Shown here: positions 28,629 to 39,099 of the stretch, one piece after another | Layout: the number at the start of each line of letters is the position of its first letter | Numbering within the stretch: position 1 is the stretch's first letter | Assembly (NCBI GenBank): GCA_045546275.1 | Contig: JAZQCM010000001.1 | Coordinates: 183,079 to 247,078, forward strand | Origin: Clostridia bacterium | Lineage (GTDB): Bacteria > Bacillota > Clostridia > UMGS1883 | Reading direction: 5' to 3' | Length of the DNA stretch: 64,000 nucleotides | Notes under the pieces: generated by a model | What the model saw: the letters and a program-made list of their open reading frames with translations, nothing else | Told to the model about the DNA's origin: nothing | Database searches by the model: none | Position numbers and translations under genes: made by a program

Positions 28629-29597
28629 ATGTTACACGATTCTAAGAACATCAAAATTTTCTCAGCAAATTCAAACCCAAATCTTGCCGCAAGCATAGCA
28701 AATCATCTTAATTTGCCTCTTGCGTCAAACAAGGTAGGCAAATTCTCAGACGGTGAGATTTTTGTTAACCTTGACGAAACAGTCCGTGGTAGCGACGTTT
28801 TCATTATTCAGTCTACATGCGACCCTGTTAACGATCATCTTATGGAGCTCCTTATTATGATCGATGCTTGTAAGAGAGCATCTGCAGGAAGAATTGTTGC
28901 TGTTATGCCTTATTTCGGCTATGCAAGACAGGACAGAAAAGCAAAGGCAAGAGACCCGATCACAGCAAAGCTCGTTGCAAACCTTATTACTGCTGCAGGC
29001 GCTACAAGAGTCCTCACAATGGACCTTCACGCTTCACAGATTCAAGGTTTCTTTGACATTCCCGTTGACCACCTTTTAGGTGTTCCGCTTCTTGCGCCTT
29101 ATTATCTTGATAAGTTTGATTCAATGGATGACGTTGTTGTTGTTTCGCCCGATTTTGGTAGTGTAACAAGAGCAAGAAATTTTGCGAGAATTATCAATAC
29201 TCCCATTGCAATTATTGACAAGCGCAGACCCAAGCCCAATGTGAGCGAGGTTATGAATATTATTGGTGACATTAAGGATAAAAAGGTTATCCTTGTTGAC
29301 GATATGATCGATACTGCAGGCACAATTACTCATGGTGCAAAAGCACTTATGGAGCGTGGCGCAAAGGAAATTTATGCTTGTTGTACACATCCCGTGCTTT
29401 CAGGACCTGCTCTCGAAAGAATCGCAGATTCACCCATTAAGGAATTGCTCGTTCTTGATACAATTGAGCTTCCCGAAGAAAAGAAGACTCCTAATATCAA
29501 GGTTCTTTCTGTTTCTAAGTTATTTGCAGAAGCGATTGAGAGAATTTATGAAGATGCATCTATCAGTCCGCTTTTTGCTCCTCCTTCAACTAAATAA
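28629..29597 (+). CDS. prs: Ribose-phosphate pyrophosphokinase
   Basis: Conserved Prs sequence ([32 protein letters not shown]). Confidence 0.9.
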   Translation: MLHDSKNIKIFSANSNPNLAASIANHLNLPLASNKVGKFSDGEIFVNLDETVRGSDVFIIQSTCDPVNDHLMELLIMIDACKRASAGRIVAVMPYFGYARQDRKAKARDPITAKLVANLITAAGATRVLTMDLHASQIQGFFDIPVDHLLGVPLLAPYYLDKFDSMDDVVVVSPDFGSVTRARNFARIINTPIAIIDKRRPKPNVSEVMNIIGDIKDKKVILVDDMIDTAGTITHGAKALMERGAKEIYACCTHPVLSGPALERIADSPIKELLVLDTIELPEEKKTPNIKVLSVSKLFAEAIERIYEDASISPLFAPPSTK

Positions 29598-29605
29598 AAC
29601 AACTC

Positions 29606-29636
29606 AAATCGGAAAATGGTTTCATTTTCCGATTTT
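29606..29636 (+). terminator. Hairpin terminator/attenuator between prs and pth
   Basis: AAATCGGAAAATGgtttcCATTTTCCGATTTT. Confidence 0.6.
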
Positions 29637-29658
29637 GTGCGGAAAGGTATAATTGATT

Positions 29659-30228
29659 ATGTATTTGATTGTAGGCCTCGGAAATCCGGGGCGCGAATAT
29701 GAAAAAACACGCCACAATGTTGGCTTTACAGCTCTTGATTACCTTGCATACGATGCTAATATCAACGTGTCCAAGATTAAATTCAAGGGAATATACGGAG
29801 ATGGCATTATCGGTGGCGAAAAATGTATACTTTTAAAGCCTCAGACATATATGAATCTCAGCGGCGAAAGTGTGCGTGAAGCCAGTGAATATTTCAAAAT
29901 CGAACCGAATAAAATTATAGTATTGTATGACGATGTTGACATTGACCCGGGACGTGTAAAAATCAGACCCAAGGGAAGTGCCGGCGGTCATAATGGTATT
30001 AAATCTATCATATATCAGCTTTCCAGCGAGGATTTTACCAGGGTTCGTTTTGGTGTAGGTAAGGCTGAGCACAATATGGTAAACCATGTCCTTGGTAAAT
30101 TCAGTGAAGAAGATGGTGTTAAGGTATCCGATGCAATTCGTAAATTGCCTGAAATCATTAATATCATTGTAAAACAAGGCGTTAATGAAGCGATGAACAA
30201 ATTTAACGGAAATAAGGATTTAACATGA
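29659..30228 (+). CDS. pth: Peptidyl-tRNA hydrolase
   Basis: YLIVGLGNPG..TRHNVGF. The start may instead be the TTG at 29653. Confidence 0.85.
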   Translation: MYLIVGLGNPGREYEKTRHNVGFTALDYLAYDANINVSKIKFKGIYGDGIIGGEKCILLKPQTYMNLSGESVREASEYFKIEPNKIIVLYDDVDIDPGRVKIRPKGSAGGHNGIKSIIYQLSSEDFTRVRFGVGKAEHNMVNHVLGKFSEEDGVKVSDAIRKLPEIINIIVKQGVNEAMNKFNGNKDLT

Positions 30229-33200
30229 GGATTGAAGAATTAATTTCCTCCGCTGCCGAATATGAAAATATTCTGAAAGCGGCACAAAATGGGCATTATC
30301 CTATTCACATCACAGGGCCTTCCGAATCGGTAAAGGCTCATTTTGTGGTGTCATTTTTAAATTCTTTAAACAAAAAGGCTTTCATAATCACCTACAGTGA
30401 ACTGCAGGCAAAAAAGCTTTTTGACGATATTTCTTATTTTGCAAAAAATTCTGCAGTTCTTGTTCCCGAAACCGATATTAACATTTATAAAACCGAAGCG
30501 GCGGACAATGAAGCAGATAACAAACGTATTGAGGCTCTTTTGCAAATACCAAACAAAGACATTGTAATAATGAGCACCCTTTCTTTGCTTCAGTACACTG
30601 TTTCAAAGGAGGATATTGAGCTCTTATCCTTTAATGCTAAATTAGGCGATGTTTTTTCCCTTGAAGAGCTTTCTGAAAGATTTATTAAAATGGGGTACAA
30701 ACGCCTTGATATGGTAGAAAACCCCGGACAATTCGCTTTAAGGGGCGGCATTATTGACATTTATCCTCCCGGTGGCGAAGCTTATCGAATTGAATTTTTT
30801 GACGACGAGGTAGACCTTATAAAGGTTTTTGACCCTTTCACTCAGCTTTCAACCGAAAAGAGGGAAGAAGTACGTATTTCTCCCGCATCCTCCAAGACCT
30901 TTGCAGGTAGTATTTTGTCCTATATTCCCAATGACGCCATTGTACTATTCGACGAACCCAATCGTGTGAGTGAAACGGCTGAAACCATCCGTTTTGAGCT
31001 TGAGGATAACATTAAAGCTCTTATTGAAAAGGAAATTGAGTTTGACAAAGATAAAGAATATATACAGTCATATCACACTCTTATAAATAAGCTTATAAAA
31101 AATCCCGTTGTTTCCATTTCTGCATTAAGCAGGATTTGTCCTGATTACCATGTAAAAACAAACCTTTCTTTAACTGCTAAAACTCTGCAGAATTATAACG
31201 GCAACATACAGTTTCTGTACGACGATATTTCTACATGGCTTAAACAAAAATACAACGTTTACATTCTCGGCGGCAGCAGTATGCGTTCAAGGTCTCTTTG
31301 CGAGGCTCTTGAAGACAAAGGCTTTAAGGTTGCATTTTACGATAGCTTTGACCAGGTTAAGCCTGATGACACTCTTGTATCGGTAATACGAGGCTCGGTA
31401 AATAAAGGCTTTGAATATCCATTAATAAATACAGTTATAGTAAGTGACCGTGAAATTTTCAACACGGAAAAGAAGAAAAGAAAAGTTAAAAAAGATCCTA
31501 ACACCACAAAAATTACAAATCCTGTTGATATTACCCCGGGAGATTTTGTTGTTCACAATGTACACGGTATAGGTAAATACATGGGCATGAAAAGACTTGA
31601 AGTGGACCATGTAACAAGAGATTACTTCAAAATAGAATATCGAGGCTCAGATGTGTTATATATCCCGGTTGACCAGCTTGACCTTATAAATAAATATATA
31701 GGTGCCGGAGAAGGGAAGGGTGTACGCATAAATAAGCTCGGTGGGGCTGAATGGGCTGCCACAAAGGCAAAGGTAAAGAAAAGTACTGCCGAAATGGCAA
31801 AGAAGCTTACAGAGCTTTATGCAGAGCGCTCAAGGGCGGTTGGTGTTGCATTTTCCGAGGACTCATCCTGGCAGAGAGAGTTTGAAGATGATTTTGTTTA
31901 TGAGGAAACAGAAGACCAGCTGAAGGCTGTTGAAGAAATTAAAAACGATATGGAGTCTTCAAGACCAATGGACCGCCTGCTTTGCGGTGATGTTGGCTAC
32001 GGCAAAACCGAGGTTGCCATGAGAGCGGCGTTTAAAGCCGTTGATTCAGGCTATCAGGTTGCATATCTTGTGCCAACCACCATACTTGCTCAACAACACT
32101 TCAACAATTTTGTTCAAAGAATGAAAAAATTCCCCATAACGGTCAGAATGCTGTCACGTTTTTCTTCGCCAAAAGAAACTGCCGAAACATTACGAATGCT
32201 AAAAAGCGGCGAATGTGACATTGTAATTGGCACACATAAGCTGTTGTCACCAAAAATTGAGTACAGACGACTTGGACTTCTTGTTATTGACGAAGAACAG
32301 CGCTTTGGCGTTGCACACAAAGAAAAAATTAAAGAATTCAAAAAGAATGTTGATGTACTAACTCTCAGTGCAACACCTATTCCCAGAACTTTACACATGG
32401 CAATGGTGGGCATACGTGATATGAGCGTGCTTTTGAACCCTCCGGATGACCGTTATCCTGTGCAGACATATGTGCTGGAACACAACAAAGTAATACTTCA
32501 GAGTGCTATTGAACGTGAACTTTCACGAAACGGGCAGGTGTATTACGTTTCAAACCGTGTTACAGGCATGGAAAAAACAGTTGCCGAAATTTCAGCTTTG
32601 GTGCCTGATGCAAGAGTTGAAATGGCACATGGACAAATGAGCGAGGCACAACTTGAAAAGACCCTCATGCGCTTTTTAAATCATGAAATTGATGTTTTAG
32701 TTTGTACAACAATCATTGAAACAGGCATGGATGTACAAAATGTAAACACAATTATTATAGAAGATGCAAATCATTTTGGTTTATCCCAGCTTTATCAGCT
32801 ACGAGGAAGAGTAGGGCGAACTAACCGCCTTGCATATGCATACCTTACCTTTGACCCTAAAAAATCTCTGGACGAAATTGCCGAAAAAAGGCTTCGTGCA
32901 ATAAAAGAGTTTACCGAGTTTGGGTCGGGCTTTAAAATTGCTATGCGCGATTTGGAAATCCGTGGCGCAGGCAACGTTTTAGGTCCCGAGCAACATGGAT
33001 TTATGGCAACTGTAGGCTACGATATGTATTGTCAGATGCTTTCTGATTCTGTTAATGAGCTAATGGGCTTACCTGTTGAAGAAAAGAAGATTTCAACGCA
33101 GATTGATCTTAGTGTTAATGCTTACATTCCCAATGAATTTATCGACTCGGAAAGACTGAGAATAGAAGCATATAAGTCCATTGTGGCAATCGAAGATATT

Positions 33201-33542
33201 AACGACTTCAACCGTGTTCAGGAGGAACTTGAGGACCGTTATGGTGTTATTCCGTCATCTGTGGATATGCTTATGAAGATTGCGCTTATAAAAGCTTACG
33301 CAAATGCATTAGGTATCACCGACATTTCTCAATCAAAGGATGGTATTGTTCTTAAGTTGTTAAAATCACACACTCCTGATATTAAGGTGTTGTCAAAAAT
33401 TTCTTCAAGCAAAATTGTAAGAATACTGTTCAGTGCAGGGGAAAAGCCATATATTCTCATCAGAATGCAAAGTCCTACCGAAAAAGAAATTATAGAAAAA
33501 CTAAACTTTGTAATAAATTGCTTGCAAAACCCCGAAATTTAG
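30225..33542 (+). CDS. mfd: Transcription-repair coupling factor
   Basis: 1105 aa. DEAD/DEAH helicase motifs (GDVGYGKTEVA, DEEQRFG) and a TRCF C-terminal domain. Conserved spoVG-glmU-prs-pth-mfd order. Confidence 0.9.
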   Translation: MRIEELISSAAEYENILKAAQNGHYPIHITGPSESVKAHFVVSFLNSLNKKAFIITYSELQAKKLFDDISYFAKNSAVLVPETDINIYKTEAADNEADNKRIEALLQIPNKDIVIMSTLSLLQYTVSKEDIELLSFNAKLGDVFSLEELSERFIKMGYKRLDMVENPGQFALRGGIIDIYPPGGEAYRIEFFDDEVDLIKVFDPFTQLSTEKREEVRISPASSKTFAGSILSYIPNDAIVLFDEPNRVSETAETIRFELEDNIKALIEKEIEFDKDKEYIQSYHTLINKLIKNPVVSISALSRICPDYHVKTNLSLTAKTLQNYNGNIQFLYDDISTWLKQKYNVYILGGSSMRSRSLCEALEDKGFKVAFYDSFDQVKPDDTLVSVIRGSVNKGFEYPLINTVIVSDREIFNTEKKKRKVKKDPNTTKITNPVDITPGDFVVHNVHGIGKYMGMKRLEVDHVTRDYFKIEYRGSDVLYIPVDQLDLINKYIGAGEGKGVRINKLGGAEWAATKAKVKKSTAEMAKKLTELYAERSRAVGVAFSEDSSWQREFEDDFVYEETEDQLKAVEEIKNDMESSRPMDRLLCGDVGYGKTEVAMRAAFKAVDSGYQVAYLVPTTILAQQHFNNFVQRMKKFPITVRMLSRFSSPKETAETLRMLKSGECDIVIGTHKLLSPKIEYRRLGLLVIDEEQRFGVAHKEKIKEFKKNVDVLTLSATPIPRTLHMAMVGIRDMSVLLNPPDDRYPVQTYVLEHNKVILQSAIERELSRNGQVYYVSNRVTGMEKTVAEISALVPDARVEMAHGQMSEAQLEKTLMRFLNHEIDVLVCTTIIETGMDVQNVNTIIIEDANHFGLSQLYQLRGRVGRTNRLAYAYLTFDPKKSLDEIAEKRLRAIKEFTEFGSGFKIAMRDLEIRGAGNVLGPEQHGFMATVGYDMYCQMLSDSVNELMGLPVEEKKISTQIDLSVNAYIPNEFIDSERLRIEAYKSIVAIEDINDFNRVQEELEDRYGVIPSSVDMLMKIALIKAYANALGITDISQSKDGIVLKLLKSHTPDIKVLSKISSSKIVRILFSAGEKPYILIRMQSPTEKEIIEKLNFVINCLQNPEI

Positions 33543-33582
33543 TGTAAAATAGTTTTAATTTATTTACGAAAGGGAAAATATT

Positions 33583-34629
33583 ATGAAAAGATTATTTAGT
33601 ATTTTATTGGCAATCGTAATGATTTCCGCAGTGTTTATGACAGGTTGTTCAAATAATGCCCCTGCAGTTGACGAGCACGACCATGAGCAAGACCACACTG
33701 AAGTTGTGTTCCCCGACAACGTTGTGGCATATGTAGGCGATTATGAAATTACAAAGGATGAATTTGCAATTTATGTTGATATGGCGGTTATGAACGTTCA
33801 GCAGTACATTGGCAATGCTCCCGGTTGGGAGGAAACCCTCGGCTCCGATGGAATAACTGCACGTGATTCTGTTCTTTCCTTAGCGCTCAATGAAGCATGG
33901 AAACTCAACTCCTTCCTTGGCAGCTGCACAAACAACGGTCTTTACACAGCCGAAAAAGATGAAGAATTCTTCAAAACAACTGTAGAAGACTTTGGCGGTG
34001 AAGAGTTGTTTGCAGAAACAATCGAAAACGCAGGTTTTTCCGAAGATGCATATAAGAAATACATCTCCTGTATTGGTGCTTACACTGCTTTAGTTGAATC
34101 TATCTGTTCAAAAGAAGATGCAAACGCAATTTACAATGACAAGTACATCACAGCAAAGCACATTCTTCTTAATTTTGAAGGAAGAGAAAGCGAAGAAAAA
34201 ACACTTGAAGAAATCAATGCTGTTTATGACAGAGTTAAAAATGGTGAAAACTTTGAAGAGCTTATCAAAGAACTCGGTGAAGATCCGGGTCAGAACCCTG
34301 AAACAGGCTATACTTTCCCCGAAGGTGTAATGGTTGATGAATTCTATCAGGGTGCATTAAAGCTTGAAATTGGTGCGGTTTCCGAGCCTGTTAAAACTTC
34401 TTACGGATATCACATTATTAAGCGTTATGAAAATCCTGCCGAAGGTAGCGACGAGTACGAATATAACCTTATGAACATTCAGACAACTGAACTTAACAAC
34501 TATCTCACAGAAGAAACAGTTGAAACCTTTAAAAACGATTATCCTCTTTCTGTAAACGAAGATATGTTGCGCAAGTTAGACCTTTCAAAATACACAGCGG
34601 AAATTTCCACAGACACTGTAGCAGAATAA
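33583..34629 (+). CDS. prsA: Foldase PrsA-like lipoprotein (PpiC-type peptidyl-prolyl isomerase)
   Basis: Lipobox MTGCS and parvulin-like block HILLNF...GYHIIK. Confidence 0.7.
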   Translation: MKRLFSILLAIVMISAVFMTGCSNNAPAVDEHDHEQDHTEVVFPDNVVAYVGDYEITKDEFAIYVDMAVMNVQQYIGNAPGWEETLGSDGITARDSVLSLALNEAWKLNSFLGSCTNNGLYTAEKDEEFFKTTVEDFGGEELFAETIENAGFSEDAYKKYISCIGAYTALVESICSKEDANAIYNDKYITAKHILLNFEGRESEEKTLEEINAVYDRVKNGENFEELIKELGEDPGQNPETGYTFPEGVMVDEFYQGALKLEIGAVSEPVKTSYGYHIIKRYENPAEGSDEYEYNLMNIQTTELNNYLTEETVETFKNDYPLSVNEDMLRKLDLSKYTAEISTDTVAE

Positions 34630-34634
34630 CTTTT

Positions 34635-34669
34635 AAAAGCAAGCAAAATGTGAATTTTGCTTGCTTTTT
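34635..34669 (+). terminator. Intrinsic terminator after prsA
   Basis: AAAAGCAAGCAAAATGTGAATTTTGCTTGCTTTTT. Confidence 0.8.
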
Positions 34670-34684
34670 CAATTGTTGTATTTC

Positions 34685-34713
34685 TTGACTTTAACACTTA
34701 GAAATGTTATAAT
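34685..34713 (+). promoter_or_regulatory. sigma-A promoter TTGACT-17-TATAAT for lysA
   Basis: Hexamers at 34685-34690 and 34708-34713. Confidence 0.6.
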
Positions 34714-34746
34714 TATTCAAATAGGTTATACCATGAGGTGATACAC

Positions 34747-36042
34747 ATGATTTTAGAAGGACAGGGCGTTAATGAGCTCAATCATTTTACTATAGGCGGT
34801 TGCGATAGTGTTGAGCTTTGCAAAAAATACGGCACGCCTTTATACGTTATTGATGAAACAGTTGTGAGAAATCACTGTAAACTATACAAAAACTCCATTG
34901 ACGAATTTTATGACGGCAACGGTCTTGTTTTCTTTGCTTCAAAGGCTCTTTGCAACAAAGAAATGATAAGAATTGTAAAAAGCGAAAGCTTAGGCTGTGA
35001 CGCAGTTTCCGCAGGCGAATTGTACACTGCACTTTCTGCAGGCATGGATCCTGAAAAAATTTGTATTCATGGCAACAATAAAACCGAAGAAGAGTTAAGG
35101 TTTGCCATTAGTAACTCCGTTGGCAGAATTGTGGTTGATAACATATCGGAGCTTGAAAAAATTGACAGCATTTCAAAAGAGTTTGATACAAAGCAAAAAA
35201 TTCTCTTCAGAATAAAGCCCGGTATTGATGCCCATACGCATAATTTTATTATGACAGGGCAGATTGACTGCAAGTTTGGCTTTGCTTTGGAAACAGGCGA
35301 GGCAAAAAAAGCAGTTTTAAAGGCGATGGAATATGAAAATCTTGTAATAGGCGGTGTTCATTGTCATATCGGCTCGCAGATTTTTGAAGCAGAGCCTTTC
35401 AAGGAAGCTGCAAAGCTGCTTGTTAATTTCATAGGTGAGATTCGCGACGAAACCGGCTATGAAATGACCGAATTAAATCTTGGCGGCGGATTTGGCGTTA
35501 CTTACACCAATAACGATGACCCTATACAGTTTAATAAATACATTGAGGAAATCAGCGTTATTGTTAAAAACGAGTGCGATAAAAGATCGCTTTCACATCC
35601 CTTTATTATGATGGAGCCCGGAAGAAGCATTGTGGCGACTGCAGGTGTTACACTTTACACTGCCGGAGCAATAAAAGACATTCCTAATATCCGTCGCTAC
35701 GTGTCTGTTGATGGTGGAATGTGTGATAATCCCAGATATATTCTTTATCAGGCTGAATATACTGCTCTTGTGGCGAACAAAGCAGGGGATGAAAAGAGTG
35801 ATGTAATTACTCTTGCAGGCAAATGCTGTGAGTCAGGCGACCTTTTAGGAGAAAATATGCCCATACAACCAATTTCAGAGGGGGATATAATTGCGGTTCT
35901 TACAACAGGTGCTTACAATTATTCTATGAGCTCAAATTATAACAGAATCTGCCGTCCACCCATTGTAATGGTTAAAAATGGGGACGACAGATTGGTAGTA
36001 AAAAGAGAAACTTTTGAGGATTTGATAAGAAATGATATCTAA
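34747..36042 (+). CDS. lysA: Diaminopimelate decarboxylase
   Basis: Fold-III PLP decarboxylase; HCHIGSQ motif, GGG loop and EPGR block. RBS GAGGTGA lies 5 nt before the ATG at 34747. Confidence 0.9.
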   Translation: MILEGQGVNELNHFTIGGCDSVELCKKYGTPLYVIDETVVRNHCKLYKNSIDEFYDGNGLVFFASKALCNKEMIRIVKSESLGCDAVSAGELYTALSAGMDPEKICIHGNNKTEEELRFAISNSVGRIVVDNISELEKIDSISKEFDTKQKILFRIKPGIDAHTHNFIMTGQIDCKFGFALETGEAKKAVLKAMEYENLVIGGVHCHIGSQIFEAEPFKEAAKLLVNFIGEIRDETGYEMTELNLGGGFGVTYTNNDDPIQFNKYIEEISVIVKNECDKRSLSHPFIMMEPGRSIVATAGVTLYTAGAIKDIPNIRRYVSVDGGMCDNPRYILYQAEYTALVANKAGDEKSDVITLAGKCCESGDLLGENMPIQPISEGDIIAVLTTGAYNYSMSSNYNRICRPPIVMVKNGDDRLVVKRETFEDLIRNDI

Positions 36043-36682
36043 TTTAATACCAGGTTTAGACATTCAGGGATTAGCGTTTAACTTTATAATTTTATTTTTT
36101 GCAATAACCGTTCACGAATTTTCTCATGGCTATGTTGCTTACAAATTAGGTGACCCCACCGCAAAAGCTATGGGAAGGCTTACTTTAAATCCATTAGCAC
36201 ATCTTGACCCGTTGGGTGCACTTATGATGATTTTTTGCGGTTTTGGTTGGGCGAAGGCTGTTCCCGTAAACCCATATTACTTTAAAGACCCCAAAAAGGA
36301 CATGGTTTTAGTTGCCTTTGCAGGACCTGCATCAAATCTTATTATGGCATTTATTGCAGCAACACTCATTCCTTTTGCAACAAAGTATCTGATTATGTCA
36401 ATGCCCATGGTACCGTTGTTCCTTTACTTTTTCATGTTAAGAAACTTACAATTTGCGGCATTTAATCTTATTCCGTTTCCACCTTTAGATGGCAGCAAAA
36501 TTTTGTTTTCACTTTTACCAAACCATTTGTACAATAAGTTTTTAACATATGAAAATATTGGTACAATTGTGCTTTTGTTGCTTTCTTTCACAGGTATTCT
36601 GGGAAATATTATAGGTTTGGTTATAACACCAATTCTCAGCGTATATGGTATGTGGATAAGCTTTTTAAGTAATTTGTTGTAA
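36032..36682 (+). CDS. Site-2 protease (M50) family zinc metalloprotease, membrane-embedded
   Basis: HEFSHG (HExxH) within a TM helix; 216 aa polytopic protein. Confidence 0.65.
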   Translation: MISNLIPGLDIQGLAFNFIILFFAITVHEFSHGYVAYKLGDPTAKAMGRLTLNPLAHLDPLGALMMIFCGFGWAKAVPVNPYYFKDPKKDMVLVAFAGPASNLIMAFIAATLIPFATKYLIMSMPMVPLFLYFFMLRNLQFAAFNLIPFPPLDGSKILFSLLPNHLYNKFLTYENIGTIVLLLLSFTGILGNIIGLVITPILSVYGMWISFLSNLL

Positions 36683-37444
36683 TTGAGGCTTTTTATGAGT
36701 GATGTTTCATTTAAAACTGCGGTTTTTGAAGGACCTTTAGATTTACTTTTGCATCTTATTGCAAAAAACAAGGTCAATATCTACGATATTCCTATTTCAG
36801 AAATTGCAGATCAGTATTTTGAATATCTTGCAGAATGTGAAGCCATGGACATGGAGCTATCCAGTGAATTTGCGGTAATGGCGGCACAGCTTTTGTATAT
36901 AAAATCAAAAATGCTTCTTCCTGTATATGACGAGGAAGAGGAAGACCCAAGAGCAGAGCTTGTAGACCGATTAGAAGAATACAAGCGTTACAAAGAAGTT
37001 TCAAAAACCCTTGATGTAATGCAGCATGCAATGGATGAAACTGTTTTCAAGGCACCCGAGAATTTAGATATACCAAAGGTTGTAATTGAAAATAAGTCAA
37101 TGAAGCCCGATTTGTTATACGCATCATTTATGATGATTATGGAACGAAATCTGGCAAAGAAACCTCTTTCGCCTAAAAATTTCAGTGGCGTTATTGGCAA
37201 AAAGCGAGTTTCTATTCCGCATCAATCAAGGTATGTCATGACAAAGCTCAAATCAAAGAAAAATGTTGATTTTGAAGAGCTTTTTGAAAACATGACTACA
37301 CGCGGTGAAATGGTTGCGACTTTCATGGCTGTTTTAGAGCTGATACGAGACAGTCATATGATGGTTTTTGAAAGAATGGGCAAGATTATTTGTCGGAGGT
37401 GTGATGATTTCGATGGATATGAATCAAGTGGCTCAGACGATTGA
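36683..37444 (+). CDS. scpA: Segregation and condensation protein A
   Basis: ScpA N-terminus FEGPLDLLLHLI..NIYDIPI. Confidence 0.85.
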   Translation: MRLFMSDVSFKTAVFEGPLDLLLHLIAKNKVNIYDIPISEIADQYFEYLAECEAMDMELSSEFAVMAAQLLYIKSKMLLPVYDEEEEDPRAELVDRLEEYKRYKEVSKTLDVMQHAMDETVFKAPENLDIPKVVIENKSMKPDLLYASFMMIMERNLAKKPLSPKNFSGVIGKKRVSIPHQSRYVMTKLKSKKNVDFEELFENMTTRGEMVATFMAVLELIRDSHMMVFERMGKIICRRCDDFDGYESSGSDD

Positions 37445-37970
37445 GGCAATACTTTTCGCAATAGGTGATGCAGTTGAAATTAATGATATTGCATCCAGTC
37501 TTGAAATTAGTGCAGATGAAGTAAAAAAGGGAGCTAAGATGTTGCAAGAACGATATTCAAACACAGCTTCCGGAATAAGACTTATTGAAATTGCTGATTG
37601 CTATCAGCTTTCGTCAAATCCTGCCTGCTATGACTACATTAAAAAAGTAAGTCAGATAAAAAAGCAGTCGGGCTTATCAAGTGCAGCAATTGAAACACTT
37701 TCAATTATTGCCTACAATCAACCTGTCACAAAGGGCACGGTTGAATTTATCCGTGGTGTAGACTCGTCATATTCGGTAAACAAGCTTATAGAGCGAGGTC
37801 TCATTGACGAATTGGGAAGAGCTGAGACTCCCGGAAGACCCATACTTTACGGAACAACCATGGAGTTTTTAAGAACTTTCGGTTTGAAAAACCTCGAAGA
37901 ATTACCTCCGCTTCCGGAAAAAAGCATGAGCTCTGATGAAACCACAGAATCTAAGGAGGATGCAAATTGA
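37404..37970 (+). CDS. scpB: Segregation and condensation protein B
   Basis: ScpB winged-helix sequence (QTIEAILFA..., AYNQPVT..IRGV). GGAGG before the ATG at 37404; the ATG at 37413 is an alternative start. Confidence 0.8.
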   Translation: MISMDMNQVAQTIEAILFAIGDAVEINDIASSLEISADEVKKGAKMLQERYSNTASGIRLIEIADCYQLSSNPACYDYIKKVSQIKKQSGLSSAAIETLSIIAYNQPVTKGTVEFIRGVDSSYSVNKLIERGLIDELGRAETPGRPILYGTTMEFLRTFGLKNLEELPPLPEKSMSSDETTESKEDAN

Positions 37971-38536
37971 ACACCTTTGTTATTATAGGCATAATATTTG
38001 CAGTTCTTGTTATTCTGGCGTATATTCCGATTGGCATCGGCGCAAAATATGATAACGGCGTATTTGTTATTGTAAAAATATCTGTATTTAAATTTAATAT
38101 TAAACTGAACAAAAAGGTTAAAAAGCTCTCAAAGAAGGACGATAAATCAAGTAGCGCAGAGGAAGAAATTAATAAAAGCATTATTGGACTTGATTTCATC
38201 CTGTCGCTTTTAGGTGATTTCAGAAGGTTTGTGCGAAAGAGGTTTTCTCTTGAGGATTTTAATATAAATATAGTTTTCGGAACTTCCGAGGCATCCTCAA
38301 CTGCTGTTGCTTCCGGAGCGTTCTGGGCACTTATTTATAATTTGATTGGTTTAATTGATATGCTTGTTCAGGTCAAAAAACCTTATATTGACATTAAACC
38401 AATTTTTAACGATGCAGTGTGGAATTTAACTGCAGAAGGGGTCATTGTTTCGAGACCTGTGCATGTAGTTGCAACTGCGTTTGTTTTTGTATGTAAATTT
38501 TTAAAATATAAAAAATCAAGGAGGACAAACAAATGA
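37967..38536 (+). CDS. DUF2953-like sporulation-associated membrane protein
   Basis: N-terminal TM and a Lys-rich linker. Conserved position between scpB and ytfJ in Clostridia. Confidence 0.45.
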   Translation: MNTFVIIGIIFAVLVILAYIPIGIGAKYDNGVFVIVKISVFKFNIKLNKKVKKLSKKDDKSSSAEEEINKSIIGLDFILSLLGDFRRFVRKRFSLEDFNINIVFGTSEASSTAVASGAFWALIYNLIGLIDMLVQVKKPYIDIKPIFNDAVWNLTAEGVIVSRPVHVVATAFVFVCKFLKYKKSRRTNK

Positions 38537-38928
38537 GTACACATCCCATCAATGAGCTTATGACAGATGTTATGAGCAACTTAAAATCAATGGTAGACGT
38601 TAATACAATTGTAGGTAACCCCGTTGAAACACCCGATGGAACAACAATTATTCCCGTTTCTAAGGTTGGCTTTGGTTTTGCAGCAGGCGGTAGCGATTTT
38701 GGAAAGTCAAATGGTATCAGCGGTGAACCTGCAAACTTTGGCGGTGGCAGCGGTGCAGGTGTGTCAATTGCACCTATCGGCTTTTTGGTTGTAACAAAGG
38801 ATCAGATCAGAATGATTCCCGTAAATTCAACCAATTCTGCTGTTGACAAGCTTGTTGACTACATTCCTACAGCTATTAACAAGGTAAATAATCTTATCGA
38901 GAAGCACAAAGAATCCAAAGAAGACTAA
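38533..38928 (+). CDS. ytfJ: Sporulation protein YtfJ / GerW family
   Basis: Gly-rich GFGFAAGGSDFG...GGGSGAGVSIAPIGFLVV segment, typical of YtfJ. Confidence 0.75.
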   Translation: MSTHPINELMTDVMSNLKSMVDVNTIVGNPVETPDGTTIIPVSKVGFGFAAGGSDFGKSNGISGEPANFGGGSGAGVSIAPIGFLVVTKDQIRMIPVNSTNSAVDKLVDYIPTAINKVNNLIEKHKESKED

Positions 38929-38940
38929 AATTTAGCATGA

Positions 38941-38978
38941 AAAACAGGAGTAAATGGATATTTTACTCCTGTTTTTGT
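38941..38978 (+). terminator. Intrinsic terminator after ytfJ
   Basis: AAAACAGGAGTAAATGGATATTTTACTCCTGTTTTT. Confidence 0.8.
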
Positions 38979-38997
38979 ATTTATACGCAAATTGTTG

Positions 38998-39026
38998 TTG
39001 AAATGGGAAAAATCTTGTGGTATACT
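38998..39026 (+). promoter_or_regulatory. Promoter TTGAAA-17-TATACT with an extended -10 TG
   Basis: Hexamers at 38998-39003 and 39021-39026, with a TG at -15/-14. Confidence 0.45.
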
Positions 39027-39099
39027 GTATCTTGGTGAATATCTTTGATTTCTTCATAAAGTGGCACATTTTTCATAAATTATTATGAGGTGGTATTTT

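Noticed and set aside
29653-29658. Upstream TTG start for pth (MIMY...)
   Set aside because: The canonical Pth N-terminus starts at the ATG at 29659 (MYLIVGLGNPG), and the GGAAAGG RBS spacing fits that ATG better. TTG cannot be excluded.
34630-34746. Lysine riboswitch (L-box) upstream of lysA
   Set aside because: The leader between the perfect TTGACT-17-TATAAT promoter and the ATG is only ~30 nt. That is too short for an L-box, and no L-box motifs are seen.
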